Shown here: piece by piece, positions 1 through 8,546 of the stretch | How positions within the stretch are numbered: position 1 is the first letter of the stretch | Layout of the letters: the number at the start of each line of letters is the position of its first letter | Assembly: GCA_049972095.1 (NCBI GenBank) | Contig: JBMFKQ010000020.1 | Location: 1-29,695, forward strand | Direction of reading: 5' to 3' | DNA from: Elusimicrobiales bacterium | GTDB taxonomy: Bacteria > Elusimicrobiota > Elusimicrobia > Elusimicrobiales > UBA9959 | Length of the DNA: 29,695 nucleotides | Program-made: the position numbers and the translations under genes | The notes under the pieces: model-generated | What the model saw: only the letters and a program-made list of their open reading frames with translations | Databases searched by the model: none | Told to the model about the DNA's origin: nothing

Positions 1-500
1 CTGGCAGGGTAGAGAGGGGCAGGATAAAGGTTGGGGATGCTGTTGAGATAATAGGTTTTGGGAAGGTATATGAGAGTGTGGCTACTGGTTTAGAGATGTT
101 CAGGAAGGTTTTGGATGAGGCTGTGGCTGGTGACAACATAGGTATGCTTTTAAGGGGGATAGATAAGGATCAGGTTGAGAGGGGTATGGTGATAGCGGTG
201 CCGAAGACTGTGACGCCGCATAAGAGGTTCAAGGCTGAGATATATGTGCTTACGAAGGATGAGGGTGGTAGGCACACGCCATTTTTCACAGGGTATAAGC
301 CTCAGTTTTATTTTAGAACGACTGATGTGACTGGTAGGATAGAGTTGAAGTCTGGTGTTGAGATGGTGATGCCTGGTGATCATACTGAGATAAGTGTTGA
401 GCTTATAACCCCCATAGCTATGGAGAAGGGTTTGAGGTTTGCTATAAGAGAAGGTGGATGCACAGTAGGCGCCGGCGTTGTTACAGAGATAATAGAGTGA
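1..500 (+). CDS. tuf: Elongation factor Tu, C-terminal part (5'-truncated by window edge)
   Basis: Frame open from base 3 ([12 protein letters not shown]..); motifs [45 protein letters not shown], FAIREGGxTVGAG. Confidence 0.99.
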   Translation, partial: GRVERGRIKVGDAVEIIGFGKVYESVATGLEMFRKVLDEAVAGDNIGMLLRGIDKDQVERGMVIAVPKTVTPHKRFKAEIYVLTKDEGGRHTPFFTGYKPQFYFRTTDVTGRIELKSGVEMVMPGDHTEISVELITPIAMEKGLRFAIREGGCTVGAGVVTEIIE

Positions 501-513
501 TTTTGAGGAAGAT

Positions 514-846
514 ATGAGTGAAAAAACTGATGTAAAACAGATAATGAGAATAAAGCTTGAATCCTATGATAGTGCTTTACTTGACCAAGCACTTTCAAGG
601 ATAATAGATGCAGTAAGAAGAAGTGGAGCAATAGTTTCTGGCCCTGTATTTCTGCCAAGAAAAATAAGAAGATACACGGTTAATAGATCTGTTCATGTTG
701 ATAAAAAATCAAGGGAGCAATTTGAGATAAGAACACATATAAGACTGATCGATATAATAAACTCAACCTCAAAAACCACTGATGCTCTTAATTCTGTTGA
801 TCTTCCTGCTGATGTAAAAGTGGAGTTCAAGATAGTTAATAGGTGA
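514..846 (+). CDS. rpsJ: 30S ribosomal protein S10
   Basis: MRIKLESYD, SGPVFLP, RSVHVDKKSREQFEIRTHIRLIDI; SD GAGGA upstream; follows tuf. Confidence 0.98.
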   Translation: MSEKTDVKQIMRIKLESYDSALLDQALSRIIDAVRRSGAIVSGPVFLPRKIRRYTVNRSVHVDKKSREQFEIRTHIRLIDIINSTSKTTDALNSVDLPADVKVEFKIVNR

Positions 847-2939
847 TAAAAAAAATAGTAAATTCTTTTATAAAAACCCCTCGTAAAATGATTCTGCGAG
901 GGGTTTGTTTTCTTGGAGCATTTTCTTTAGCTGCAATAATTCTTTTTGTAGTTTTTGTGTATTTTTTTTTGAGTGATCTCCCTTCAATAAACAATCTTGA
1001 TGAGTATCTGCCATCATTGAGCACATATCTTTATGATATAAACGGTGAGGTTATAACAGAGTTTTCAGTTGAAAGAAGAACATCAGTTGAATTTTCCAAA
1101 ATACCAAGAGATTTGATAAATGCTCTTATTGCAATGGAGGATACTGATTTTTATTCACACTGGGGTATTTCTTTTAAGGGTATAACAAGGGCTCTTATTA
1201 ATCTTCTAATACATAGAAAGATTAAAGGCGGGGGATCAACAATAACACAACAGCTTTCAAAACTTATATTTCTCAAACCGGAAAAAACAATCTCAAGAAA
1301 GATAAAAGAGATAATAATTGCTTTTGAGATAGAGCATAAATTTTCAAAGCAAGAAATACTTCAGATGTATTTTAATCAGATATATTTTGGGGTTGGTACT
1401 TATGGGGTTTCTACTGCTGCAAGGGTTTATTTTGGTAAGAATATTGAAGATCTTACCCTTGCTGAATGTGCACTTCTTATAGGGATAATACCAGCGCCCG
1501 AAAAATATTCCCCTTTTAATAATCCTTATATTGCAAAGCAAAGAAGAGATCTTGTGCTTTCAAGGATGCTTGAAGAAAAATTTATAACTAAGGATGAGTT
1601 TAACAAAGCAAAGAACACACCGCTTCCGCAAAAGAGATCAATACTTTATCCTTCAAGAGCACCTTATTTTTCTGAATTTATAAGACAAGAGCTTGAGCCT
1701 AAATATGGTGTTGAAAGATTTTGGAAAGGGGGGCTTAGAGTATATACATCTCTTGATCTTAAAATGCAACTAAAGGCAGAAGAGATATTTGAAAAAAACC
1801 TTGCTGAGTTTGAAAGTAAAAATTCTGTAAGTGTTGAAAATTCACAATCAACCGGAACTCTTCAAGGTGCATTTCTTGCTATTGATTCAAGGACCGGTGC
1901 GATAAGGATTATGATAGGTGGAAGGAATTATCAGCAGAGTCAGTTTAACAGGGCTGTTCAGGCAAAAAGGCAAGCAGGCTCAACCTTTAAGCCTTTTGTT
2001 TGGTATGCTGCACTTTCGAATGGCTTTACACCTCAAACAAGAGTTTATGATAGACCTATGGTCTTTTTTTCTGATAGCAAAATGCAGTGGCAGGTTATAG
2101 AGGATGCAACAGATCAAGCTGTTATAAACGAGATTGTAGAGCCATTTGCTGGGGATCCAAATTTCAAAATATGGATACCATCAAATTTCGATGGGAAATA
2201 TCTTGGAGAGATATCTCTTAGAAAGGCTCTTGAAAAGTCAAGAAACCTTGCCTCGGTATATTTGATAAACAAGATTGGTATCAATGAGGTTATTGATGTG
2301 GCAAAAAGGGCTGGGATTAAGAGTAAGCTTGATCCTGTTCCATCTCTTGCACTTGGTACATCGCTTGTTAGTCTTATGGAAATGGTTTATGCTTTTAACA
2401 CATTTTCTAATGAAGGAATATATGTAGAACCCCTCTACATTCTCAGAGTTACAGATGCCAGCGGTAGTCTCCTTGAAGAAAATTTGCCGAAGGAGAGAGA
2501 GGCTTTAAACCCTCAGGTTTCATATCTTCTTTTAAATATAATGAAAGGTGTTGTTCAGAGAGGAACTGGAAGGGTTGTTTCTGAGATTAAAAGACCAATA
2601 GCAGGTAAAACCGGCACAAGCCAGGATTCAAAGGATATGTGGTTTATAGGTATGACACCGGATATTGTTGCTGGTGGATGGATGGGTTATGATGATTTTT
2701 CAAGAATACCATCATCAGATTGGACAGGTGGGAGCACTGTGGCAAAATGGTGGACGGAAATAATGAAGGAAGTTCTAAAGGATTATCCTGTTAAGGACTT
2801 TGATGTACCTGATAATATAATTTTTGTTAAGGTTGATGATGAGACTGGTAAGCTTGCAGGACCCAGGTGTAAAGAAAAAATTTTAGAATCTTTTATAAAA
2901 GGTAGCGAACCTAAAGAATTTTGTAGTATTCATAACTGA
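843..2939 (+). CDS. Class A penicillin-binding protein (PBP1A family, transglycosylase/transpeptidase)
   Basis: N-terminal TM helix; GT51 motifs EDTDFYSHWG, GGSTITQQL, RKIKE, KQEILQMYFNQIYFG; transpeptidase motifs STFK, SRN, KTGT; GTG start overlaps rpsJ stop (GTGA), alternative ATG at 888. Confidence 0.95.
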   Translation: MIKKIVNSFIKTPRKMILRGVCFLGAFSLAAIILFVVFVYFFLSDLPSINNLDEYLPSLSTYLYDINGEVITEFSVERRTSVEFSKIPRDLINALIAMEDTDFYSHWGISFKGITRALINLLIHRKIKGGGSTITQQLSKLIFLKPEKTISRKIKEIIIAFEIEHKFSKQEILQMYFNQIYFGVGTYGVSTAARVYFGKNIEDLTLAECALLIGIIPAPEKYSPFNNPYIAKQRRDLVLSRMLEEKFITKDEFNKAKNTPLPQKRSILYPSRAPYFSEFIRQELEPKYGVERFWKGGLRVYTSLDLKMQLKAEEIFEKNLAEFESKNSVSVENSQSTGTLQGAFLAIDSRTGAIRIMIGGRNYQQSQFNRAVQAKRQAGSTFKPFVWYAALSNGFTPQTRVYDRPMVFFSDSKMQWQVIEDATDQAVINEIVEPFAGDPNFKIWIPSNFDGKYLGEISLRKALEKSRNLASVYLINKIGINEVIDVAKRAGIKSKLDPVPSLALGTSLVSLMEMVYAFNTFSNEGIYVEPLYILRVTDASGSLLEENLPKEREALNPQVSYLLLNIMKGVVQRGTGRVVSEIKRPIAGKTGTSQDSKDMWFIGMTPDIVAGGWMGYDDFSRIPSSDWTGGSTVAKWWTEIMKEVLKDYPVKDFDVPDNIIFVKVDDETGKLAGPRCKEKILESFIKGSEPKEFCSIHN

Positions 2940-2967
2940 TATTCCCAAATTACTTGTTTGATTTAAT

Positions 2968-3002
2968 TTGTAAATGATACCACACATTTTATATAATATA
3001 AT
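2968..3002 (+). promoter_or_regulatory. Probable sigma70 promoter(s) of the infA-rpmJ-alpha operon
   Basis: TTGTAA (2968-2973), 18 nt spacer, TATAAT (2992-2997); a second overlapping TATAAT at 2997-3002 with ATGATA 17 nt upstream; AT-rich context lowers specificity. Confidence 0.6.
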
Positions 3003-3006
3003 TGAG

Positions 3007-3031
3007 AAGTCATTTCCAATTAGAATGACTT
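3007..3031 (+). repeat. Perfect 8-bp inverted repeat in the infA leader (hairpin or operator)
   Basis: AAGTCATT (3007-3014), 9 nt, AATGACTT (3024-3031), followed by T-rich TTGAATTTTTATT. Confidence 0.65.
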
Positions 3032-3066
3032 TTGAATTTTTATTATAGAAAGGAGTTTATTATTTT

Positions 3067-3288
3067 ATGCCTGACGAGAGTAAGAAAATAGAGGTTGAGG
3101 GAGTTGTTAAAGAGGCACTCCCCAATGCTACTTTTAAGGTTGAGATAGGGCCTGGTAAAACTATATTGGGAGTTGTATCTGGTAAGATGAGAGTAAATCA
3201 CATAAAAATACTTCCAGGTGATAAAGTTAGAATAGAGCTTTCTCCATATGATCTAACAAGAGGAAGAATAATATTTAGAGAGAAATGA
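3067..3288 (+). CDS. infA: Translation initiation factor IF-1
   Basis: [51 protein letters not shown]. Confidence 0.99.
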   Translation: MPDESKKIEVEGVVKEALPNATFKVEIGPGKTILGVVSGKMRVNHIKILPGDKVRIELSPYDLTRGRIIFREK

Positions 3289-3298
3289 GAGGTGATCT

Positions 3299-3412
3299 AT
3301 GAAGGTAAGATCAAGCGTTAAAAAAATATGTGAAAAATGTAAGATAGTAAAAAGAGAAGGAATAGTTAGGGTTATATGTGAAAAGCCTAAGCATAAACAG
3401 AAACAGGGTTAG
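3299..3412 (+). CDS. rpmJ: 50S ribosomal protein L36 (zinc-ribbon C+ form); not in the supplied ORF track
   Basis: Hand translation [45 protein letters not shown]; canonical position between infA and rpsM. Confidence 0.98.
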   Translation: MKVRSSVKKICEKCKIVKREGIVRVICEKPKHKQKQG

Positions 3413-3426
3413 AAAAGGAGTATAAT

Positions 3427-3846
3427 ATGGCAAGAATAGTTGGTGTTGATTTACCAAGAGATAAAAAGATATCTGTTGCCCTATCTTATATATATGGTAT
3501 AGGACGACCATTAGCAAAAAAGATTCTGGAAGTTGATCTTCAGGGAAGAATAAACCCAGATAAGAGGGTTAAAGAGCTTAATGAGGAGGAGATAGGGCTC
3601 CTCAATGCTGTGATCTCTAAAAACTATAAAGTTGAGGGAGAGCTTAGAAGAGAGGTCCAGGCAAATATAAAAAGATACATTGAGATAGGTTCTTATAGAG
3701 GATACAGACATAGAAGAAACTTACCTGTGAGAGGTCAAAGAACCAGAACAAATGCAAGAACAAGAAGAGGGAAGAGAAAAACAGTTGGTGCAGTGACAAA
3801 GGCAACACTAAAACTTTCACAGGCGCAACAACAAACAAAAAAATAA
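3427..3846 (+). CDS. rpsM: 30S ribosomal protein S13
   Basis: [40 protein letters not shown]. Confidence 0.99.
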   Translation: MARIVGVDLPRDKKISVALSYIYGIGRPLAKKILEVDLQGRINPDKRVKELNEEEIGLLNAVISKNYKVEGELRREVQANIKRYIEIGSYRGYRHRRNLPVRGQRTRTNARTRRGKRKTVGAVTKATLKLSQAQQQTKK

Positions 3847-3864
3847 TTTTACAAGGAGCAAGCT

Positions 3865-4242
3865 ATGGAAAAGAAAGGAAAAAGAAAAAATATTCATATA
3901 CACACTGCTAGGATATATATAACATCCAGCTTCAACAATACTATAATAACACTGACTGATGATCATGGCAATGTTGTTGCATGGGCTTCAAGTGGTTCAA
4001 ATGGTTTTAAAGGGACCAAAAAAGGAACTCCTTTTGCAGCTCAACTAACGATGAGCAAGATTCTTGAAAAGGTAAATATGTTTGGCATCAAGCAGGTTCA
4101 TATTTTTGTAAGTGGTCCTGGTCCCGGAAGAGAAACAGCACTTAGAACAATTGCTCAAAGCTCTATAAAGATTCTTTCAATAAGGGATGTTACACCAATT
4201 CCACATAATGGTTGCAGACCACCAAAACCAAGAAGAGTGTAA
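3865..4242 (+). CDS. rpsK: 30S ribosomal protein S11
   Basis: SSFNNTIIT, GFKGTKKGTPFAAQ, GPGPGRE, DVTPIPHNGCRPPKPRRV. Confidence 0.99.
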   Translation: MEKKGKRKNIHIHTARIYITSSFNNTIITLTDDHGNVVAWASSGSNGFKGTKKGTPFAAQLTMSKILEKVNMFGIKQVHIFVSGPGPGRETALRTIAQSSIKILSIRDVTPIPHNGCRPPKPRRV

Positions 4243-4256
4243 GGAGGATGTAGTCT

Positions 4257-4868
4257 ATGAAATATACCCAGCCTACATGCAAAAGATGTAGAAGTTTGAA
4301 TGAGAAGCTTTATCTTAAAGGTAGTAAATGCTATTCAAACTGTATAATGGAAATAAGAAAAAATGCTATAAAACAGAGAAAGCTTTCTGACTACGGAAGG
4401 CATCTTAGAGAAAAGCAGATTGTAAAAAATATGTATCTTCTAAGTGAAAGACAGTTTAAAAGATATTTTAATATAGCCTCTAAAGCAAAGGGGAGAACAG
4501 GAGAAACCCTTCTAAGGCTTCTTGAAACAAGGCTTGACAATATTGTGAGAAGAATTGGTTTTGCAGCATCAATAAAACATGCAAGACAGCTTGTATCGCA
4601 TAGACACATAAAGGTTAATGGAAGTGTTGTGACGATACCTTCTTATCTTGTTAAGGAGGGTGATGAGATCTCACTTGCAAATCCAACTCTTTTTGAAAAT
4701 ATTTACATAAAAAAGAGTCTTGAAGACACAGATAATAAAGGATGGAGGCCGAGCTGGATAGTATATGATGGCAAGAGCTTTTCTGCAAAGATTGTTAGAA
4801 TGCCTGATAGATCAGAGCTTAACAGCAAGATAAATGAGCAACTTATAGTTGAGTTTTATTCCAAATAA
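4257..4868 (+). CDS. rpsD: 30S ribosomal protein S4 (four-Cys zinc-binding form)
   Basis: CKRCR..KC..C, SDYGRHLREKQ, LETRLDNIV, ARQLVSHRH, EQLIVEFYSK. Confidence 0.98.
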   Translation: MKYTQPTCKRCRSLNEKLYLKGSKCYSNCIMEIRKNAIKQRKLSDYGRHLREKQIVKNMYLLSERQFKRYFNIASKAKGRTGETLLRLLETRLDNIVRRIGFAASIKHARQLVSHRHIKVNGSVVTIPSYLVKEGDEISLANPTLFENIYIKKSLEDTDNKGWRPSWIVYDGKSFSAKIVRMPDRSELNSKINEQLIVEFYSK

Positions 4869-4884
4869 TACAAGGAGGAAATTT

Positions 4885-5853
4885 ATGGCATCTCTTGTAA
4901 AAGAAATAATAATACCTAAAAAGATTGATATGATTGAAGAGAGAAAAACTGATAATGAACATTATGCAAAATTTGTTGCAGAACCTTATGAAAAGGGTTA
5001 TGGACACACAATAGGGAACTCTCTAAGACGAGTGCTTCTATCAAGTATAGATGGAGCGAGTGTGGTTGCTGTAAGGATATCAGGTGTCACACATGAATAC
5101 ACAACAATAGAGGGAGTGAAAGAAGATGTTCTTGATATTGTTATGAATCTTAAAAAACTTAGGCTGAGACTTATAGATACAGATAGACAGACATTGAGGC
5201 TTTCTGTGAAAGGTAAAAAAACTGTTAGAGCTAGTGATATAGAGCCGAATGCAAATGTAGAGATAGTTAATAAGGATCTTGAGATAGCAAACATTGAAAG
5301 CGGTGCAAAGCTTGAGATGGAGATAGAGGTTGCAAGAGGGGTTGGTTATGTTACAGCTGAAAGGATAAAGGAGTATCTAACATTTCCGCAGGACTATATA
5401 CTTATGGATGCACTCTTCAGCCCTGTTAAAAAGGTTAATTATAAGGTTGAGAATGCCAGGGTTGGACAAGAAACTGACTATGATAGACTGATTATAGAGA
5501 TATGGACAGATGGAACAATAACACCTAAAGAGGCGCTTGATACAGCGGGTGCTCTGCTTAAATACTCTATTACTCCTTTTGGTCCTCAGCTCGCTGTTAA
5601 AGATGAGATGGAAGAAGAGAATGAAACAGAGGATAAGGAACTGGAAGAGCTTATGAATCAGCCTGTTGATGTTCTTGAATTGAGTCAAAGAGCTATAAAC
5701 GGCCTTAAGAAGGCTGATATAAAAACTATAGGAGAGCTTGTTTCAAAAACTGAGGAGGATCTGTTGGCAATAAAGAATTTTGGCGAAAAGTCTCTTGATG
5801 AGATAAAAGAGAAACTTAATGAAATAGGGTTTTCGTTAGGTTATAAAAGATAG
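4885..5853 (+). CDS. rpoA: DNA-directed RNA polymerase subunit alpha
   Basis: EPYEKGYGHTIGNSLRRVLLSS, EGVKEDV, DALFSPV, VENARVGQ, KNFGEKSL; start moved to ATG 4885 behind SD AGGAGG. Confidence 0.99.
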   Translation: MASLVKEIIIPKKIDMIEERKTDNEHYAKFVAEPYEKGYGHTIGNSLRRVLLSSIDGASVVAVRISGVTHEYTTIEGVKEDVLDIVMNLKKLRLRLIDTDRQTLRLSVKGKKTVRASDIEPNANVEIVNKDLEIANIESGAKLEMEIEVARGVGYVTAERIKEYLTFPQDYILMDALFSPVKKVNYKVENARVGQETDYDRLIIEIWTDGTITPKEALDTAGALLKYSITPFGPQLAVKDEMEEENETEDKELEELMNQPVDVLELSQRAINGLKKADIKTIGELVSKTEEDLLAIKNFGEKSLDEIKEKLNEIGFSLGYKR

Positions 5854-5866
5854 TTGGGGGAGCGAT

Positions 5867-6211
5867 ATGATTAAAAATTATGGTGATAGAAAACTTTCAA
5901 AAATTCCTTCTCATAGAAGGGCAATGTTCAGAAATATGATGGCAAGCCTTGCAATTAATGAAAAGGTTATAACAACACTTCCAAAAGCGAAGGAGCTTAA
6001 AAAATTCTTTGACAGGCTTGTTGATGACGCAAAGAAAGGGAGGGTAGTTGAGGTTAAAAGAGAGATTAAAGATAAAGAGGCATTCAAAAAAATAATGACA
6101 GTGCTTGTTCCAAGATACTCTTCAAAAACAAGCGGTTATACAACACTTGTTAATATTGGATATAGAAAGGGTGATAACGCTGTGATGAGTATGATTAAGC
6201 TTGTGGAGTGA
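5867..6211 (+). CDS. rplQ: 50S ribosomal protein L17
   Basis: [30 protein letters not shown]; follows rpoA. Confidence 0.97.
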   Translation: MIKNYGDRKLSKIPSHRRAMFRNMMASLAINEKVITTLPKAKELKKFFDRLVDDAKKGRVVEVKREIKDKEAFKKIMTVLVPRYSSKTSGYTTLVNIGYRKGDNAVMSMIKLVE

Positions 6212-6212
6212 T

Positions 6213-7244
6213 ATGTTTTTTGAGAAGTTTATTAGCTTTTTCTCAAATGATATTGGCATGGATCTGGGCACAGCCAATACACTTGTTTATTTGAAAGGCA
6301 AGGGTATTGTGCTTAGAGAGCCCTCAGTTGTTGCAATAGATAAAAATACAAGAAAGGTTCTTGCTGTTGGCAATGATGCAAAGCAGATGATAGGTAAAAC
6401 CCCGAGTTCTATAATACCCATAAGACCTTTAAGAAATGGTGTTATTGCCGATTTTGAGGTTACTCACCAGATGATAAAGTATTTTATTCAGAAGGTAAAT
6501 ACCAACAAAACATTGTTAAGGCCTAGAATCGTTATAGGTATTCCTTCTGGGATAACAGAGGTTGAAAAAAGAGCGGTTCATGAATCAGCTCAGCAGGCGG
6601 GTGCGAGAGAGGTTTATTTAATAGAAGAACCAATGGCTGCTGCAATCGGTGCGGAGCTTCCGATTTCCGAACCATCTGCAAGCATGATATGTGATATAGG
6701 TGGTGGCACAACTGAAATAGCTATTATATCTCTTGGTGGAATAGTTGTGGCAAAATCTATTGATATAGCCGGCGATGAGATGGATGAGGTTATAATACAG
6801 TACTTTAGAAGAAAGTACAATCTTGTAATAGGTGAATCTACAGCTGAAGAGGTGAAGATTAAGATAGGTTCTGTCTTTCCTCTTAAAGAGGAGATGACTA
6901 TGGAGGTTAAGGGAAGGGATCAATCTAAAGGGCTACCAAGAACTTTAACTGTCACCTCTGAGGAAATAAGACAAGCTTTGATGGAACCTATGACAATGAT
7001 AGTCGATTCGATAAAGCAGGTTCTTGAGGAAACACCACCTGAGCTTTCAGCAGATCTTGTTGATAGAGGTATGGTGCTTGCAGGTGGTGGCTCGCTTTTA
7101 AGGGGTGTGTGCGAGCTTATACGCCAGGAAACCGAACTCCCCGTTCGCAGAGCTGCAGACCCGCTGAGCTGTGTTGCGCTTGGTTGTGGAAAATACCTTG
7201 AGCTTATAGACAAGATGAAGGCTTCTTTTGCTTTTTACAGATAG
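6213..7244 (+). CDS. mreB: Rod shape-determining actin MreB
   Basis: [43 protein letters not shown] 6213 with GGAG at 6205-6208 preferred over TTG 6201. Confidence 0.99.
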   Translation: MFFEKFISFFSNDIGMDLGTANTLVYLKGKGIVLREPSVVAIDKNTRKVLAVGNDAKQMIGKTPSSIIPIRPLRNGVIADFEVTHQMIKYFIQKVNTNKTLLRPRIVIGIPSGITEVEKRAVHESAQQAGAREVYLIEEPMAAAIGAELPISEPSASMICDIGGGTTEIAIISLGGIVVAKSIDIAGDEMDEVIIQYFRRKYNLVIGESTAEEVKIKIGSVFPLKEEMTMEVKGRDQSKGLPRTLTVTSEEIRQALMEPMTMIVDSIKQVLEETPPELSADLVDRGMVLAGGGSLLRGVCELIRQETELPVRRAADPLSCVALGCGKYLELIDKMKASFAFYR

Positions 7245-7276
7245 TTCTCTTGCTTTAAACTTTTGCGGGTTTGCAG

Positions 7277-8092
7277 ATGGAAAAGAAAGTTAGATACCTT
7301 TTTTACTTTTTGTTTTCTGTTTCTTTTCTCCTTCTTGTTATTAATGTTGATTCATTTGTTTCAAACCTAAGGCTAATTATATCCTTCATATTCAATCCTA
7401 AATTAATTTCAGATAATATAAACGATATCTCTAAAATCTCTCAAAGAGTTAAGATGATTTTTGATTATGAAAAAGAGATTTCATCTTGCAGAGATGAACT
7501 CAAAGTAGTTAAAGAAAAACTTGCATTTTATGAACCTGCCTTTAATGAAAATCTCAAACTTAAAGAGATAATACCGATAGCTCTGCCATCAAAGATTAGT
7601 GGGCAATATGCATATTCCATATCCTACAACCCTTATGATCCTTACAGCTTTTTCTATATAAACAGAGGTAGTAAAGATGGGGTTAAAGTCTATAACCCTG
7701 TTATTTTTTTTGATAATTCAAAAAAAAGGTGGAGGATTGTGGGAAGAGTTGTTGAGATTTATCCCTCATACTCTAAGGTTCTTATGATAACACATTCAGA
7801 TTTTTCATTTGTTGTTATGACATCAAAGAGCAAAGGGCTTGCGTGTAGTCAAGGCAGAGGCAAGATTGTTTATAAATATATTGATGGTGATGTTGATGTT
7901 GGTGACTCTGTCATGAGCGCTGATACATCATATATATTTCCGCCTTTTATCTATATTGGAGAGGTCTTGAGTGTAAGAAAATCATCTGATCCTTCACTTA
8001 TTCAGGCTGATTTATCGCTTTTTGAACCTAAGGATGTTGATATAGTCTATGTTATTGATTGGCAGCCATATCTTATAAAGGAAGAGTTATGA
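7277..8092 (+). CDS. mreC: Rod shape-determining protein MreC
   Basis: N-terminal TM, coiled coil ending ENLKLKE, INRGSKDGV, IVGRV, GD.V.S..IFP; synteny after mreB. Confidence 0.9.
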   Translation: MEKKVRYLFYFLFSVSFLLLVINVDSFVSNLRLIISFIFNPKLISDNINDISKISQRVKMIFDYEKEISSCRDELKVVKEKLAFYEPAFNENLKLKEIIPIALPSKISGQYAYSISYNPYDPYSFFYINRGSKDGVKVYNPVIFFDNSKKRWRIVGRVVEIYPSYSKVLMITHSDFSFVVMTSKSKGLACSQGRGKIVYKYIDGDVDVGDSVMSADTSYIFPPFIYIGEVLSVRKSSDPSLIQADLSLFEPKDVDIVYVIDWQPYLIKEEL

Positions 8093-8541
8093 AATTTTTT
8101 ATTCTCTATTTTGCTATGGCCTATCTTCAGATGTTTCTATCCTCAAGTCATATATTTTCTTATATAGATTTTGTTTTCATATTTGTGTTTCTTGTAAATT
8201 CTCAATTTTCTGTATTCTCTGCAATGGTCTTTTCTTTTTTTTCAGGTCTTTATGCTGATTTTTACTATTCATTTCCTTTAGGGCTTCATTCCATGATATA
8301 TGTTTCTCTATCTTATATCCTTTATCTGATGAAGGAAAAGATTGAATTCGATTTTATATTTTCAAGGTTTTTAAACTTTATAATCTTCTCATTTGGTATT
8401 GAGTTTTTTACATATGTAATAGGCTATCTTACTGGATGTAAGATGAACTTTGGTTGGATAAACCTTATCCTTCCGTTTTTTAATTTTGTTTTTTATGAAA
8501 TTATAAGATCACTTACTTTAAGAATTTTAAAAGGATCTTAA
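8089..8541 (+). CDS. mreD: Rod shape-determining protein MreD
   Basis: Very hydrophobic ~150 aa with FFSGLYAD..LGLH; ATGA overlap with mreC; synteny between mreC and mrdA. Confidence 0.85.
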   Translation: MKFFILYFAMAYLQMFLSSSHIFSYIDFVFIFVFLVNSQFSVFSAMVFSFFSGLYADFYYSFPLGLHSMIYVSLSYILYLMKEKIEFDFIFSRFLNFIIFSFGIEFFTYVIGYLTGCKMNFGWINLILPFFNFVFYEIIRSLTLRILKGS

Positions 8542-8546
8542 AGCTT

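Noticed and set aside
7120..7185. tRNA-like words on the minus strand within mreB (AGCTCAGCGG, GTTCG)
   Set aside because: No closing D-stem, anticodon arm or acceptor stem; the T-loop does not fit TTCRAnY
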